A DNA stretch of 64,000 bases from Blastocatellia bacterium. Its GTDB lineage: Bacteria; Acidobacteriota; Blastocatellia; UBA7656; JADIYM01. A program made the position numbers and the translations under genes. The notes beneath the pieces were generated by a model, which saw nothing but the letters and a program-made list of their open reading frames with translations, searched no databases and was not told the DNA's origin. Within the stretch, counting starts at the first letter, position 1. Each line of letters begins with the position of its first letter. The stretch is taken from the NCBI GenBank assembly GCA_021463145.1, contig JAJTWZ010000013.1, positions 5,864 through 69,863 of the forward strand. The letters are read 5' to 3'. Positions 27,793 through 37,047 of this stretch are shown here, one piece after another.

Positions 27793-28204
27793 GCGGCCGA
27801 GTATACAGATGCAGGTCCCCGAGCCGGGACGCAGCCAGAAGCAGGAGCAGCACGCAGGTGCCCAGGCTGACGCCAAGTCCGATATGGAAAGGTGTCGGCT
27901 CGTATGCAAATCGGACGCTGTGCTCGCCAGCGGTAAGGTGAACTGCCCGAAAGAGTCCGTTTGCCCTGACGACCTGGGCAGGCGCACCGTCGACCGTCGC
28001 CGTCCAGTAAGGATCCCAGGAGTCGTGAACGACGAGATACCCGTCCGGCGATGGAACCGACGCGCGGACCTCGAGAGAAGTCGTTCCATCCTCCACGATC
28101 GACGCTCCGACCCCGGTATCGGTCCCGCTGGCGGATCCGGATGGAGCCGGCGCGTTCGAGCATCCGTGGTTCGACCAGATAACACACAGTCGAGCGCCAC
28201 CCAA
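27773..28204 (-). pseudogene. Orphan C-terminal module of a YfhO-like GT-C membrane protein (truncated remnant or small anchored protein)
   Basis: APAPSGSASGTDTGVGASIVEDGTTSLEVRASVPSPDGYLVVHDSWDPYWTATVDGAPAQVVRANGLFRAVHLTAGEHSVRFAYEPTPFHIGLGVSLGTCVLLLLL parallels the last ~120 aa of the 41445..43889 product almost position by position. Only a TTG start is available and the frame is open upstream to 28291. The whole polytopic N-terminal part is absent. Confidence 0.4.
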
Positions 28205-28237
28205 GATGTCTATCGGGTCGCTGCTATACTTCGGCCC

Positions 28238-29545
28238 GTGAAGCTTCCCCGTCGCATATCGATTTTCGTCCTGGCGTGGACACTCGTCCTTTCAACGTTC
28301 GCCCTGGCCGGCGACGGCAAGCCGGCTGCAGTTTCGAATGCATCGGCAGCACGAATTGCCACGTTCGAGACGGTCTGGAAGATCGTCAACGAGAAGTTCT
28401 ACGATCCGGCATTCAACGGAGTCGATTGGCAGGAAGTCCGAACCCGATACGCTCCGCGCGTGGCGGCGATCGCAACCGACGCCGAGCTCTATCCCCTGCT
28501 CAACTCGATGCTCGGCGAGCTCAAGGTGTCGCACCTCGCGGTGATGCCTCCTCAGGCCGTGACGGACGCCGCGCTCGATACCACCGGATCGCAATGGGGT
28601 GGCGATGCCGGAATGACGGTTCGGCTCGTCGAGGGACGGCCCGTGGTGACATCGGTCGCCGAAGGCGGACCGGCTAGTGCGGCCGGAATTCGCCCGGGCT
28701 TCGTGCTGACCCGAATCGGACGCACGACTCTCGGGGAGGTAGTGGCACGCATCGAGCAGTCTTCAAGGTCCGAGACCTTCAAGAGGCTGGCGGTAAGGCG
28801 CTCGATTGCGGCCATGCTGGGCGGCATTCCGGGTTCGGCCGTTGACGTGGCGTTCCTCGGTGCCGATGACGCACCCGGAACCACGACCGTCATCAGGGCG
28901 GATTCCCCTGGCAAACCGGCCCGGTTTGGAGAAATGCCGTCCGTCCTTGTGACCTTCGAGTCACGAACGTTGCCCGGAAACGTCGGCTACATCCGGTTCA
29001 ACTTCTTCATGCCGGTGTTGATGGGGGAGATTCGACGAGAGCTCGAATGCTTCAGGGACGCCCCGGCAATTATCATCGACCTTCGAGACAACCCCGGCGG
29101 GATCGGTCAGATGGCGCCCGGCATCGCGTCCCTGCTCGTCGGCGAGAGTACCAGTCTCGGCAGGATGAGACTGCGGCGCGGTGAGATACGATTCGTGACG
29201 TATAGACAGCCTTGGCACTTCCGCGGCAAGGTCGTCCTGCTGACGGACGAAGGCAGCGCAAGCACGTCCGAGATCCTCGCCGGCTCGTTGCAGGAACTCG
29301 GCCGGGCCACCGTGGTGGGCGAGCGCACACTGGGCGCCGTCCTTCCTTCGGTTATCGAAAAACTGCCGAATGGCGCGGTGCTTCAGTACGCGGTGGCCGA
29401 CTTCAAGACGCCCGGCGGAGTTCTTCTGGAAGGTCGCGGCGTGACGCCCGACATAGTCAAGGTAGGTTCGCGAGCGGACTACCTGTCGGGTTCGGATCCG
29501 GTGCTCGACGCGGCGCTGGAATCGATCGCTAAGCAGAAACCCTGA
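28238..29545 (+). CDS. S41-family (C-terminal processing / tricorn-core-like) peptidase with PDZ
   Basis: A GTG start at 28238 gives the signal peptide VKLPRRISIFVLAWTLVLSTFALA. PDZ-like segment GMTVRLVEGRPVVTSVAEGGPASAAGIRPGFVL, and S41 motifs IIDLRDNPGG and LTDEGSASTSE. Confidence 0.8.
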   Translation: MKLPRRISIFVLAWTLVLSTFALAGDGKPAAVSNASAARIATFETVWKIVNEKFYDPAFNGVDWQEVRTRYAPRVAAIATDAELYPLLNSMLGELKVSHLAVMPPQAVTDAALDTTGSQWGGDAGMTVRLVEGRPVVTSVAEGGPASAAGIRPGFVLTRIGRTTLGEVVARIEQSSRSETFKRLAVRRSIAAMLGGIPGSAVDVAFLGADDAPGTTTVIRADSPGKPARFGEMPSVLVTFESRTLPGNVGYIRFNFFMPVLMGEIRRELECFRDAPAIIIDLRDNPGGIGQMAPGIASLLVGESTSLGRMRLRRGEIRFVTYRQPWHFRGKVVLLTDEGSASTSEILAGSLQELGRATVVGERTLGAVLPSVIEKLPNGAVLQYAVADFKTPGGVLLEGRGVTPDIVKVGSRADYLSGSDPVLDAALESIAKQKP

Positions 29546-29562
29546 GTTGCAAGGAGTCCCCG

Positions 29563-30321
29563 ATGCGCCGCCCCGTAATCTTTCTCCTGATCGTCGCGGC
29601 ACTGTTCGCGCCGACGGCACCCGCATTCGCCCAGTCCAAGCCAGCAAGGGCCCGCGCGAAGAGCCCAACGGCCGCGAAAATCCTCGACGCGTACGTCGAT
29701 GCGATCGGCGGCCGCAAGGCTATCGAGAAGCACAAGTCGATGACGATGTCGGGAACGCTGGATGTTGTGAGCCTCGGACTCAAGGGCACGGTCGACATAG
29801 TCTCGAAGGAACCGAACAAGATATCGGTGACCACGACAGTCGATGGACTTGGAACGACACGGCAGGCATTCGACGGAAAATCCGGATGGACCTCCGACCC
29901 GATCTCGGGACTCAGGGACATGGATGCCCGCGAGATCGCACTCGTCGAGCGTTCGCTGTTTTCGGCGGATGTGCGGTGGCGGGAAGTCTGGAAGTCCGCA
30001 GAGCTTGTCGAGACGAAGAGGCTGAACGAACGAACGGTGCACGTGGTCCGGCTCGTGCCATTGTCGGAAGCAAGTGCGCCTACGACGAACTACTACGACG
30101 CCGAGAATGGACTGCTTCTGAGAACCGAGATGGTCATTGAAACGGCCGCGGCCACGATGCCCGTCACGACTGACTTTACGGACTACCAGAAGGTTGGCGG
30201 GGTGCTGATCGCGATGCGGATGGAACAGTTGCTTCCGACGGCTACACTCGTGACCCAGTTCACCGAAGTGAAGTTCGACGTGGCGATAAACGACTCCGTC
30301 TTCGCCAAACCGGCGAACTGA
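29563..30321 (+). CDS. Exported hypothetical protein (LolA-like lipoprotein-sorting fold suspected)
   Basis: Signal peptide MRRPVIFLLIVAALFAPTAPAFA. The beta-rich body with KILDAYVDAIGG...K resembles the family annotated as outer-membrane lipoprotein-sorting protein, from memory only. Confidence 0.5.
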   Translation: MRRPVIFLLIVAALFAPTAPAFAQSKPARARAKSPTAAKILDAYVDAIGGRKAIEKHKSMTMSGTLDVVSLGLKGTVDIVSKEPNKISVTTTVDGLGTTRQAFDGKSGWTSDPISGLRDMDAREIALVERSLFSADVRWREVWKSAELVETKRLNERTVHVVRLVPLSEASAPTTNYYDAENGLLLRTEMVIETAAATMPVTTDFTDYQKVGGVLIAMRMEQLLPTATLVTQFTEVKFDVAINDSVFAKPAN

Positions 30322-30348
30322 AGCGAAGACAAGAGCGACCACACGCGA

Positions 30349-32376
30349 ATGGCCGATTCCTTCGAGGATGTCTTCGGCGCCGACGGACTCGTGGCGCGGG
30401 CTCACCCAGGCTTCGAGTATCGGGAGGGCCAGGTCGCCATGGCGCGAGAGGTCGCGTCAGTTTTCGAGAAGGGCGGGATTGCAATCATCGAGGCCGGAAC
30501 CGGGACGGGAAAGACGCTGGCATACCTCGTGCCGGCAATCGCCAACCCGAATCGCGTGATCGTCTCGACGGCAACGAAGAGTCTCCAGGAACAGCTCTAC
30601 CTCAAGGACATTCCTTTTCTGGAGTCATTGTTTCCGGGCCGGGTGCGCTCGGCCTGCATGAAGGGCCGCAACAACTACGTTTGCCTCCACCGGCTCAGGG
30701 AGGCGCAAAACCAGCCAATCCTCGGCGGGCTCGAAGAAGTGGACCACTTCGAGTACGTTCGAGAATGGGCCGATCGTACTGAGACGGGAGATCGTGCAGA
30801 GCTGACCGGCCTTCCGGAGGACCTTCCGTTCTGGCCTTCGATAGATGCCCGCAGCGACACGTGCCTTGGGCAGAAGTGCCCCGACTTCGACGCGTGCTTC
30901 ATCACGCGAATGCGCCAGCGGGCCGAGGATGCGCAGATAGTCATCGTCAATCACCATCTCTTCTTCGCCGACCTCGCGCTGCGTCAGGACGACTATGGGC
31001 AGGTGATTCCGGACTACTCGGCCGTGGTTTTCGACGAATCCCACGAGCTCGAACAGACCGCGGCCGGCCACTTTGGTACTTCTGTCTCGAATTTTCGAAT
31101 CAACGACTTCATCACCGATCTCCAGCGGACGCTGGTACTGGATGCCGACGTCATTGCCGACCTCATGAAAACGGCCGATCGGCTGACGCGGAGGTCCGAC
31201 AGGTTCTGGCTCGCATTCGGAGGCACACAACATCGGAGGGGCAGAGCGGACGACGACCAACGCGTTCAAATCACGAGCGAATTGTTCATCGAGCGGACGG
31301 CCGAGGGCGAATTGCAGCCCTCGAAGCTTGGCGAGGCGTACCTCCAGATGTGCGACTCCCTGGACCGTATCGCTGCCACGCTCGACAACCTGCGCGATCC
31401 CCCTCCCGAAGCCACGTCGCTTCGACGCCGGGCACACACGATCAGGCTCGACCTGGACTTCTGCGTGTCGGCCGACGATCCGAACTTCGTCTACTGGTCG
31501 GAACGGAGGGGCCGAGGCACATTCCTGCACGCGACGCCGATCGACGTCTCGGACCTGCTGTCGGAGCGGCTCTTCGAGAACGTCGAAGCGGCAGTGCTGA
31601 CGTCGGCGACGCTCGCGACGCAAGGGAGTTTCGATTTCATCCGGCGGCGGCTCGGAATCGCGCAGGCCGCCGAACTCACGATAGATTCCCACTTCGACTA
31701 CGGCAGACAGGCACTCGTGTATTTGCCGGCGTCGATGCCTGACCCGCGCGATCCGGCCTTTCTCGAAGCGGCGGCCAGCGAAATCGTAAGTCTCGTCGAG
31801 GCGACACGCGGCAGGGCATTCGTGCTTTTTACGAGCTTGCAGCAGATGCGGGCGGCGCACGCGTTGGTTTCGGGCCGGGTCGACTATCCGACTCTTCTTC
31901 AGGGCGAAGGATCGAAGGCGGGCATCATCGAACGGTTCCGCCAGACGCCCGGCGCAGTGCTCTTCGCCACGTCGAGTTTCTGGCAAGGAATCGACGTTCA
32001 AGGCGAGGCTCTATCGTCCGTCATCATCGTGAAGCTACCGTTCGCGGTTCCCAGCGATCCGGTCGTGGCCGCGCGCGGCCGTGCTATAGAGGAAAGAGGC
32101 GGAAGCGCTTTCTTCGATTACCAGGTCCCTGAAGCCGTCATCGCACTGAAGCAGGGGGTTGGGCGGCTGATTCGTAGTTCGTCCGATCTGGGCGTCCTCT
32201 CGATCCTTGATCCCAGGCTTCGAACCAAGGGCTACGGCCGCTCCTTCCTGCAGAGCCTGCCACCGTGTCCCGTGACAACGAGAATCGCCGACATAAAGCG
32301 TGTTCTGGCGCTCGACGACACTTCGAAACTGGTGGCATCCGGTGAGATCGTTGACCCCTCCCAGCGCGGCGACTAG
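30349..32376 (+). CDS. DinG/XPD-family ATP-dependent DNA helicase with an Fe-S domain
   Basis: Walker A AGTGTGKT, DEAH-type VFDESHEL, four-Cys cluster (C..C in ACMKGRNNYVC, then CLGQKCPDFDAC), and C-terminal helicase motifs FATSSFWQGIDV and QGVGRLIR. Confidence 0.85.
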   Translation: MADSFEDVFGADGLVARAHPGFEYREGQVAMAREVASVFEKGGIAIIEAGTGTGKTLAYLVPAIANPNRVIVSTATKSLQEQLYLKDIPFLESLFPGRVRSACMKGRNNYVCLHRLREAQNQPILGGLEEVDHFEYVREWADRTETGDRAELTGLPEDLPFWPSIDARSDTCLGQKCPDFDACFITRMRQRAEDAQIVIVNHHLFFADLALRQDDYGQVIPDYSAVVFDESHELEQTAAGHFGTSVSNFRINDFITDLQRTLVLDADVIADLMKTADRLTRRSDRFWLAFGGTQHRRGRADDDQRVQITSELFIERTAEGELQPSKLGEAYLQMCDSLDRIAATLDNLRDPPPEATSLRRRAHTIRLDLDFCVSADDPNFVYWSERRGRGTFLHATPIDVSDLLSERLFENVEAAVLTSATLATQGSFDFIRRRLGIAQAAELTIDSHFDYGRQALVYLPASMPDPRDPAFLEAAASEIVSLVEATRGRAFVLFTSLQQMRAAHALVSGRVDYPTLLQGEGSKAGIIERFRQTPGAVLFATSSFWQGIDVQGEALSSVIIVKLPFAVPSDPVVAARGRAIEERGGSAFFDYQVPEAVIALKQGVGRLIRSSSDLGVLSILDPRLRTKGYGRSFLQSLPPCPVTTRIADIKRVLALDDTSKLVASGEIVDPSQRGD

Positions 32377-32482
32377 ACTTGAGACAGGCCCTATTCCTGC
32401 ACGAAGGCAACGGCCGGCGTTTGAAGTCGAATCAGACGGTTTCCGCTCCAGACTATTGATTGGCTCCGGAGGAGTTTCATCG

Positions 32483-33703
32483 ATGCGCTTTTCTGTACGC
32501 AGTCTCGTCGTCGCAAACATCGTCGTCATCCTGTCTTTGATCGCAGCGCCTTCAGCCAGGGCGCAGGCTCCGGTTCCGCTCGAAGGCAACGTGCTCAGCG
32601 CCGTTGACAAGAAGCCGATCGAGGGCGCCGCGGTAGACATTTACCGGACGGATATTCGCGGTAAGTTCATGACGAGGACCGACGCCAAGGGCCACTTCGC
32701 CTACAACGTGCCTCAGCAGGGTGTGTTCACTATCGTCGTTTCCGCTCCAGGCTACGCTCCGGGCTATAGGCCGAACATTAGACTCGCGATGTCAATGCCC
32801 AGAATTGATATTGCACTCGACCGTGGCAATGGCTTGCGGCCTTCCAGCGACGAGGTAGAACGCTTCATATCATCCGGCGGCCTGGAAGACCCGGCTGCTG
32901 CGGCCGCGCGGGCCAAGGAAGAGGCCGAGTACGCCAAGGCACTTGAAATCAAGAATCAGTTCGATGCCCGGAAGGTACGATTCGACGCGGGCGTAGTCGC
33001 AATGGGCGCTCAGGATTACCCGCTGGCCATTACCGAGTTCTCGGAGGCGATCAATGGCCTCGAGGATGCGAAACCCGAGGACTTTGGCGAACTGATCGGC
33101 GTTGGCGGAGCCAACCTGGCCGAAGCGCACTACCAGCTTGGCGTCGCGCTTTACAATCAGTCCGCCAAGGAAAACGACAAGTCAAAGCGCGAAGCGGCCA
33201 AGGATCACCTTTCGAAGGGCGCAAAGGCCATCGCGCTGGCCATCAAGTTCCGTCCGGCCGGAGAATCCGTCTACGCCATCCAGGGAAAGACCCTGGCTTT
33301 GCTGGTAGACAAATTCGGCGAGACGGACCAGGCCGAGACCGGGGCGAACGCTTTCCTGAAAGCCGCCGAAAAGGAACTGGACTCGAAGCGCAAGAATGAG
33401 CTGATCGTCCAGGCCGGCGATGTCTATCGGAATGGTTTTCTGACCGAACAGGCTGTTTCGACCTACAAGATAGCCCTGGCATCCGATCCTGGAATCGTCT
33501 CCGCGTACTACGGGATCGGGTTGGCGTGCATGGGCACCACCGAAAGCGATGACGCAAAACGAAGGGAGATCTGGCAAACCGCTGCGGACTATCTGAAGGT
33601 GTTTGCCGACAAGGCCGCCGGCGATCCCAAGGCGGCCGAGGTCAAGGGACTCCTCGACATGCTTTCCAAGGACTTCAAGATCAAGCCCAGGCCGCTCAAG
33701 TAG
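32483..33703 (+). CDS. Exported protein: carboxypeptidase-regulatory-like domain plus TPR-like helical repeats
   Basis: ATG 32483 is preceded by GGAGG. Signal peptide MRFSVRSLVVANIVVILSLIAAPSARA, then GNVLSAVDKKPIEGAAVDIY...TDAKGHFAYNVPQQGVFTIVVSAPGY (CarboxypepD_reg-like), then helical repeats. Confidence 0.65.
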   Translation: MRFSVRSLVVANIVVILSLIAAPSARAQAPVPLEGNVLSAVDKKPIEGAAVDIYRTDIRGKFMTRTDAKGHFAYNVPQQGVFTIVVSAPGYAPGYRPNIRLAMSMPRIDIALDRGNGLRPSSDEVERFISSGGLEDPAAAAARAKEEAEYAKALEIKNQFDARKVRFDAGVVAMGAQDYPLAITEFSEAINGLEDAKPEDFGELIGVGGANLAEAHYQLGVALYNQSAKENDKSKREAAKDHLSKGAKAIALAIKFRPAGESVYAIQGKTLALLVDKFGETDQAETGANAFLKAAEKELDSKRKNELIVQAGDVYRNGFLTEQAVSTYKIALASDPGIVSAYYGIGLACMGTTESDDAKRREIWQTAADYLKVFADKAAGDPKAAEVKGLLDMLSKDFKIKPRPLK

Positions 33704-33734
33704 GTTGAGGTTTTCGGGCCCGGTAACGTGGCTG

Positions 33735-33773
33735 AACGTCACCGGTCGCAGTCAGCGATCGGTGACGTTTTCC
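33735..33773 (+). terminator. Intrinsic terminator after the 32483..33703 gene
   Basis: Perfect 10-bp inverted repeat AACGTCACCG/CGGTGACGTT (33735-33744 and 33760-33769) running into TTTT. Confidence 0.5.
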
Positions 33774-33834
33774 ACAGGCGGCGCGTGACGTTATCGCAAA
33801 GTGTTTGCGAGACTTGGGCCGTCTGACGGCCTCC

Positions 33835-33863
33835 TTGACACCTTCCACCTCACGCCGTACAGT
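33835..33863 (+). promoter_or_regulatory. Candidate sigma-70 promoter for pilB
   Basis: TTGACA (33835-33840), 17-nt spacer, TACAGT (33858-33863). It ends ~43 nt upstream of the pilB ATG. Confidence 0.5.
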
Positions 33864-33905
33864 ACGAAGCGTTCCGCGTCTTACCAATCTCAGGAGATCT
33901 CGTTG

Positions 33906-35690
33906 ATGTCAGCGAAACTCGGGGAGACCCTTCTCAGGGAGAATCTCATCACCCCGCAGCAGCTGAAGGATGCTCTCGATTACCAGCGCTCGAATGGGGG
34001 CCGACTCGGTTCCACGCTGGTCAAGCTTGACATCCTCAGCGACGAACAGATCACCGCGGTGCTCAGCCGGCAGTACGGCGTGCCTTCGGTGAACCTCGAT
34101 CTGTTCGAGGTCGACGAGACCGCTATAAAGCTGATTCAACAGGACGTTGCCAAGAAGTACATGGTGCTTCCGCTTTCGCGAGTGGGGCCGACCCTCACGT
34201 TGGCGATGGTGGACCCGACCAATGTCCTCGCTATCGACGACATCAAGTTCATGACCGGGTTGCAGGTCGAGCCGGTCATCGTGTCGGAATTCGCCCTCGC
34301 CGATGCGATCGAGCGCTACTACGGGATGACGCGGGAACTGGAACTAGCCAAGTTCCTGGACGAAATGTCATCTAGCGTGAGCTCTTCGGCGGAGCCGGCC
34401 CAGCAGTCGAAGTCCAACGGCTACGACAACCTCGGGTTTTCACTCGACGATCAGGATCTCGAGCTTCTCCAGGAAACCGAGGAGATCGACCTGGAGAACG
34501 TCGAGCGGATGGCCGAGGACGCGCCGGTCGTCAAACTCGTCAACGTGATCCTTGTGGACGCTTTGCGCCGTGGCGCTTCCGACATTCACGTCGAGCCGTA
34601 CGAGAAGGAGTTCCGGATCCGGTTCCGGCTGGACGGCATTCTCTACAACATCATGACTCCGCCATTGAAGATGCGAGACGCACTCACGTCGCGCATGAAG
34701 ATCATGGCGAAGCTCGACATTGCCGAAAAGCGGCTTCCGCAGGACGGCCGAATCAAGATCCGTGTACGCCTGGACGGTCGCGGACGTGAGCTGGATTTCC
34801 GCGTTTCGACGCTTCCGACGATCTTCGGAGAGAAGATCGTGCTTCGGCTGCTCGACAAGGAAAAGCTTCAGCTCGACATGACCAAGCTTGGATTCGAGGA
34901 GTTTTCACTCGAGCGATTCAAGCGCAACATCAACAAGCCGTACGGGATGGTGCTGGTCACGGGGCCGACGGGTTCCGGCAAGACATCGACGCTTTATTCG
35001 GCGCTCCAGGCACTGAACACTCCCGAGACGAACATCATCACTGCCGAGGATCCGGTCGAATTCAACCTCTCTGGCATCAACCAGGTCCAGATGAAGGAGC
35101 AGATCGGCCTCAATTTCGCCGCTGCACTGCGCTCCTTTCTCAGGCAGGATCCGAACATCGTTCTGGTGGGCGAGATTCGCGATTTCGAGACGGCTGAGAT
35201 TGCCGTCAAGGCAGCGCTCACGGGCCACCTCGTGCTCTCCACGCTGCACACGAACGACGCTCCGTCGACCATCAGCCGTCTGATGAACATGGGTATCGAG
35301 CCGTTCCTCGTTGCGACGTCGGTGAACCTGATTCAGGCACAGAGACTGGTGCGCCGAATCTGCAAGGACTGCAAGGCCGAGATCAAGCTGCCGAAAGAGG
35401 CTCTCGTGGACGTTGGCTTCTCCGCTGCTGAGGTCGCGGAGCTCAAAGTCTTCAAGGGATCGGGTTGTACGGCGTGCAACGGCACCGGATACAAGGGCCG
35501 AGTCGGACTCTACGAGGTCATGGAGATTACGGACGAGCTCCGCGAGCTGATTCTCGTCGGTGCGTCGGCGCTCGAACTGCGGAAGAAGGCGATCGAGGAG
35601 GGCATGCTCACCCTGCGCGCTAGCGGGCTCGAAAAGATTCGCCTTGGAACGACGACTATCGAAGAGATTGTTCGCGAAACGGTCAAGTAG
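33906..35690 (+). CDS. pilB: Type IV pilus assembly ATPase PilB (GspE family)
   Basis: The internal ATG 33906 (preceded by AGGAG) gives MSAKLGETLLRENLITPQQLKDAL, an N-terminal GSPII_E_N domain. Walker A GPTGSGKT, VGEIRD, LVLSTLHTNDA, and a tetra-Cys motif CKDC...CTAC. Confidence 0.9.
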   Translation: MSAKLGETLLRENLITPQQLKDALDYQRSNGGRLGSTLVKLDILSDEQITAVLSRQYGVPSVNLDLFEVDETAIKLIQQDVAKKYMVLPLSRVGPTLTLAMVDPTNVLAIDDIKFMTGLQVEPVIVSEFALADAIERYYGMTRELELAKFLDEMSSSVSSSAEPAQQSKSNGYDNLGFSLDDQDLELLQETEEIDLENVERMAEDAPVVKLVNVILVDALRRGASDIHVEPYEKEFRIRFRLDGILYNIMTPPLKMRDALTSRMKIMAKLDIAEKRLPQDGRIKIRVRLDGRGRELDFRVSTLPTIFGEKIVLRLLDKEKLQLDMTKLGFEEFSLERFKRNINKPYGMVLVTGPTGSGKTSTLYSALQALNTPETNIITAEDPVEFNLSGINQVQMKEQIGLNFAAALRSFLRQDPNIVLVGEIRDFETAEIAVKAALTGHLVLSTLHTNDAPSTISRLMNMGIEPFLVATSVNLIQAQRLVRRICKDCKAEIKLPKEALVDVGFSAAEVAELKVFKGSGCTACNGTGYKGRVGLYEVMEITDELRELILVGASALELRKKAIEEGMLTLRASGLEKIRLGTTTIEEIVRETVK

Positions 35691-35827
35691 AAGTAGTCAC
35701 GGCCGGGTTTCCGGCCGCCCTCGGATGGCGCCCCAGTTTCACTTGCACGACGAGCACCTTGAAATGCCTGCGGAGGCGTGAAGGGTCATCATTCCCGGTT
35801 TGGGCGTGATGAAACGGGAGAAGCACG

Positions 35828-37009
35828 ATGTCAGACATCACCCTTAGCGAGTTGCTGAAAAAAATGATCGAGCTTGGCGGCTCGGATCTCCACATAACTA
35901 CGAATTCGCCGCCACAGGTGCGCGTCGACGGCATCCTGAGATCTCTCGACTATCCCGAACTCACACCTGCCGAGACCAAACAGCTTGCATACTCGGTCCT
36001 TACCGACGCCCAGAAGCACCGCTTCGAGGAGACCCTCGAGCTCGACTTCTCGTTTGGAATCAAGGGTTTGTCGCGCTTTCGCGCCAATATATTCAATCAG
36101 CGCGGAGCAGTCGGAGCCGTGTTCCGGTCAATTCCTTACGAGATCCGATCGTTCGACCAGCTTGGACTTCCGGGCGTCGTCGAAGGACTTTGTGCGAAAC
36201 CTCGAGGTCTCATTCTCGTGACAGGCCCGACGGGCTCGGGCAAGTCCACTACGCTTGCGGCCATGGTCGACAAAGTGAACAGGGACCGGCACGAGCACAT
36301 CATTACGATCGAAGACCCGATCGAGTATCTGCATCCGCACAAGAATTGTCTCGTCAACCAGCGCGAGGTGCACTCCGATACGCACAGCTTCTCGAACGCG
36401 CTGCGCGCTGCTCTTCGCCAGGATCCCGATGTCGTCCTGATTGGTGAGCTTCGCGACCTGGATACGACCGAGACGGCGCTGCGCATCGCCGAGACGGGCC
36501 ACCTTACTTTCGGCACACTTCACACGAACAGCGCATACTCGACCATCAACCGCGTCATCGACATCTTCCCTGCCCACCAGCAGGCGCAGATTCGTGCTCA
36601 GCTCTCGCTTGTGCTCGAAGGCATTCTCTGCCAGTCGTTGCTGCCGAAAGCCAACGGCACCGGACGTTGCATGGCGATGGAAGTGCTGGTGCCGAATCCG
36701 GCCATCCGCAACCTGATTCGTGAGGACAAGGTCCACCAGATTTACTCGATGATGCAGACCGGTCAGGAGAAGTTCGGGATGCAGACATTCAACCAGTCGC
36801 TCGCGACTCTCTTCTTCAAGAAGCTGATCACGCTCGAACTGGCACTGCAACGGTCTTCGAACCCTGACGAGTTGCAGGAGCTCATCAACCGCGGCGCAGG
36901 AATCGTCGAAGGCGGCGGTACCCGCCGCCCGGGAATGCCCCCCCCCCGCCCGGCAGGTCCGGTGCCCCCCGGAGCCAGGCCGCCAGTCGGTGGCCGACCA
37001 GTCCGATAG
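35828..37009 (+). CDS. pilT: Twitching-motility retraction ATPase PilT with a Pro/Arg-rich C-terminal tail
   Basis: GGSDLHI, GPTGSGKSTT, IGELRD, TGHLTFGTLHTNSA and the PilT-specific AIRNLIRE. The final ~25 aa (GMPPPRPAGPVPPGARPPVGGRPVR) form an unusual extension. Confidence 0.9.
   Translation: MSDITLSELLKKMIELGGSDLHITTNSPPQVRVDGILRSLDYPELTPAETKQLAYSVLTDAQKHRFEETLELDFSFGIKGLSRFRANIFNQRGAVGAVFRSIPYEIRSFDQLGLPGVVEGLCAKPRGLILVTGPTGSGKSTTLAAMVDKVNRDRHEHIITIEDPIEYLHPHKNCLVNQREVHSDTHSFSNALRAALRQDPDVVLIGELRDLDTTETALRIAETGHLTFGTLHTNSAYSTINRVIDIFPAHQQAQIRAQLSLVLEGILCQSLLPKANGTGRCMAMEVLVPNPAIRNLIREDKVHQIYSMMQTGQEKFGMQTFNQSLATLFFKKLITLELALQRSSNPDELQELINRGAGIVEGGGTRRPGMPPPRPAGPVPPGARPPVGGRPVR
36938..36947 (+). 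repeat. C10 homopolymer inside the pilT 3' tail
   Basis: Counted directly: ten consecutive C at 36938-36947, encoding PPP plus the first base of R. Confidence 0.9.
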
Positions 37010-37047
37010 CAGCAGGCGTCAAGCCAAACTGACAGGAGTTCGAGGGT

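Noticed and set aside
27793-28200. N-terminal 136 aa of the listed 403-aa mazG ORF
   Set aside because: This part is an Arg/Ser-rich extension. The canonical MazG N-terminus (MDKKRFEDL...CPWDREQ) starts at the internal ATG 27792, and the region is better explained by the YfhO-like remnant in another frame.
30625-32001. 458-aa minus-strand ORF
   Set aside because: It is antisense to the DinG-like helicase gene and has no recognisable motifs.
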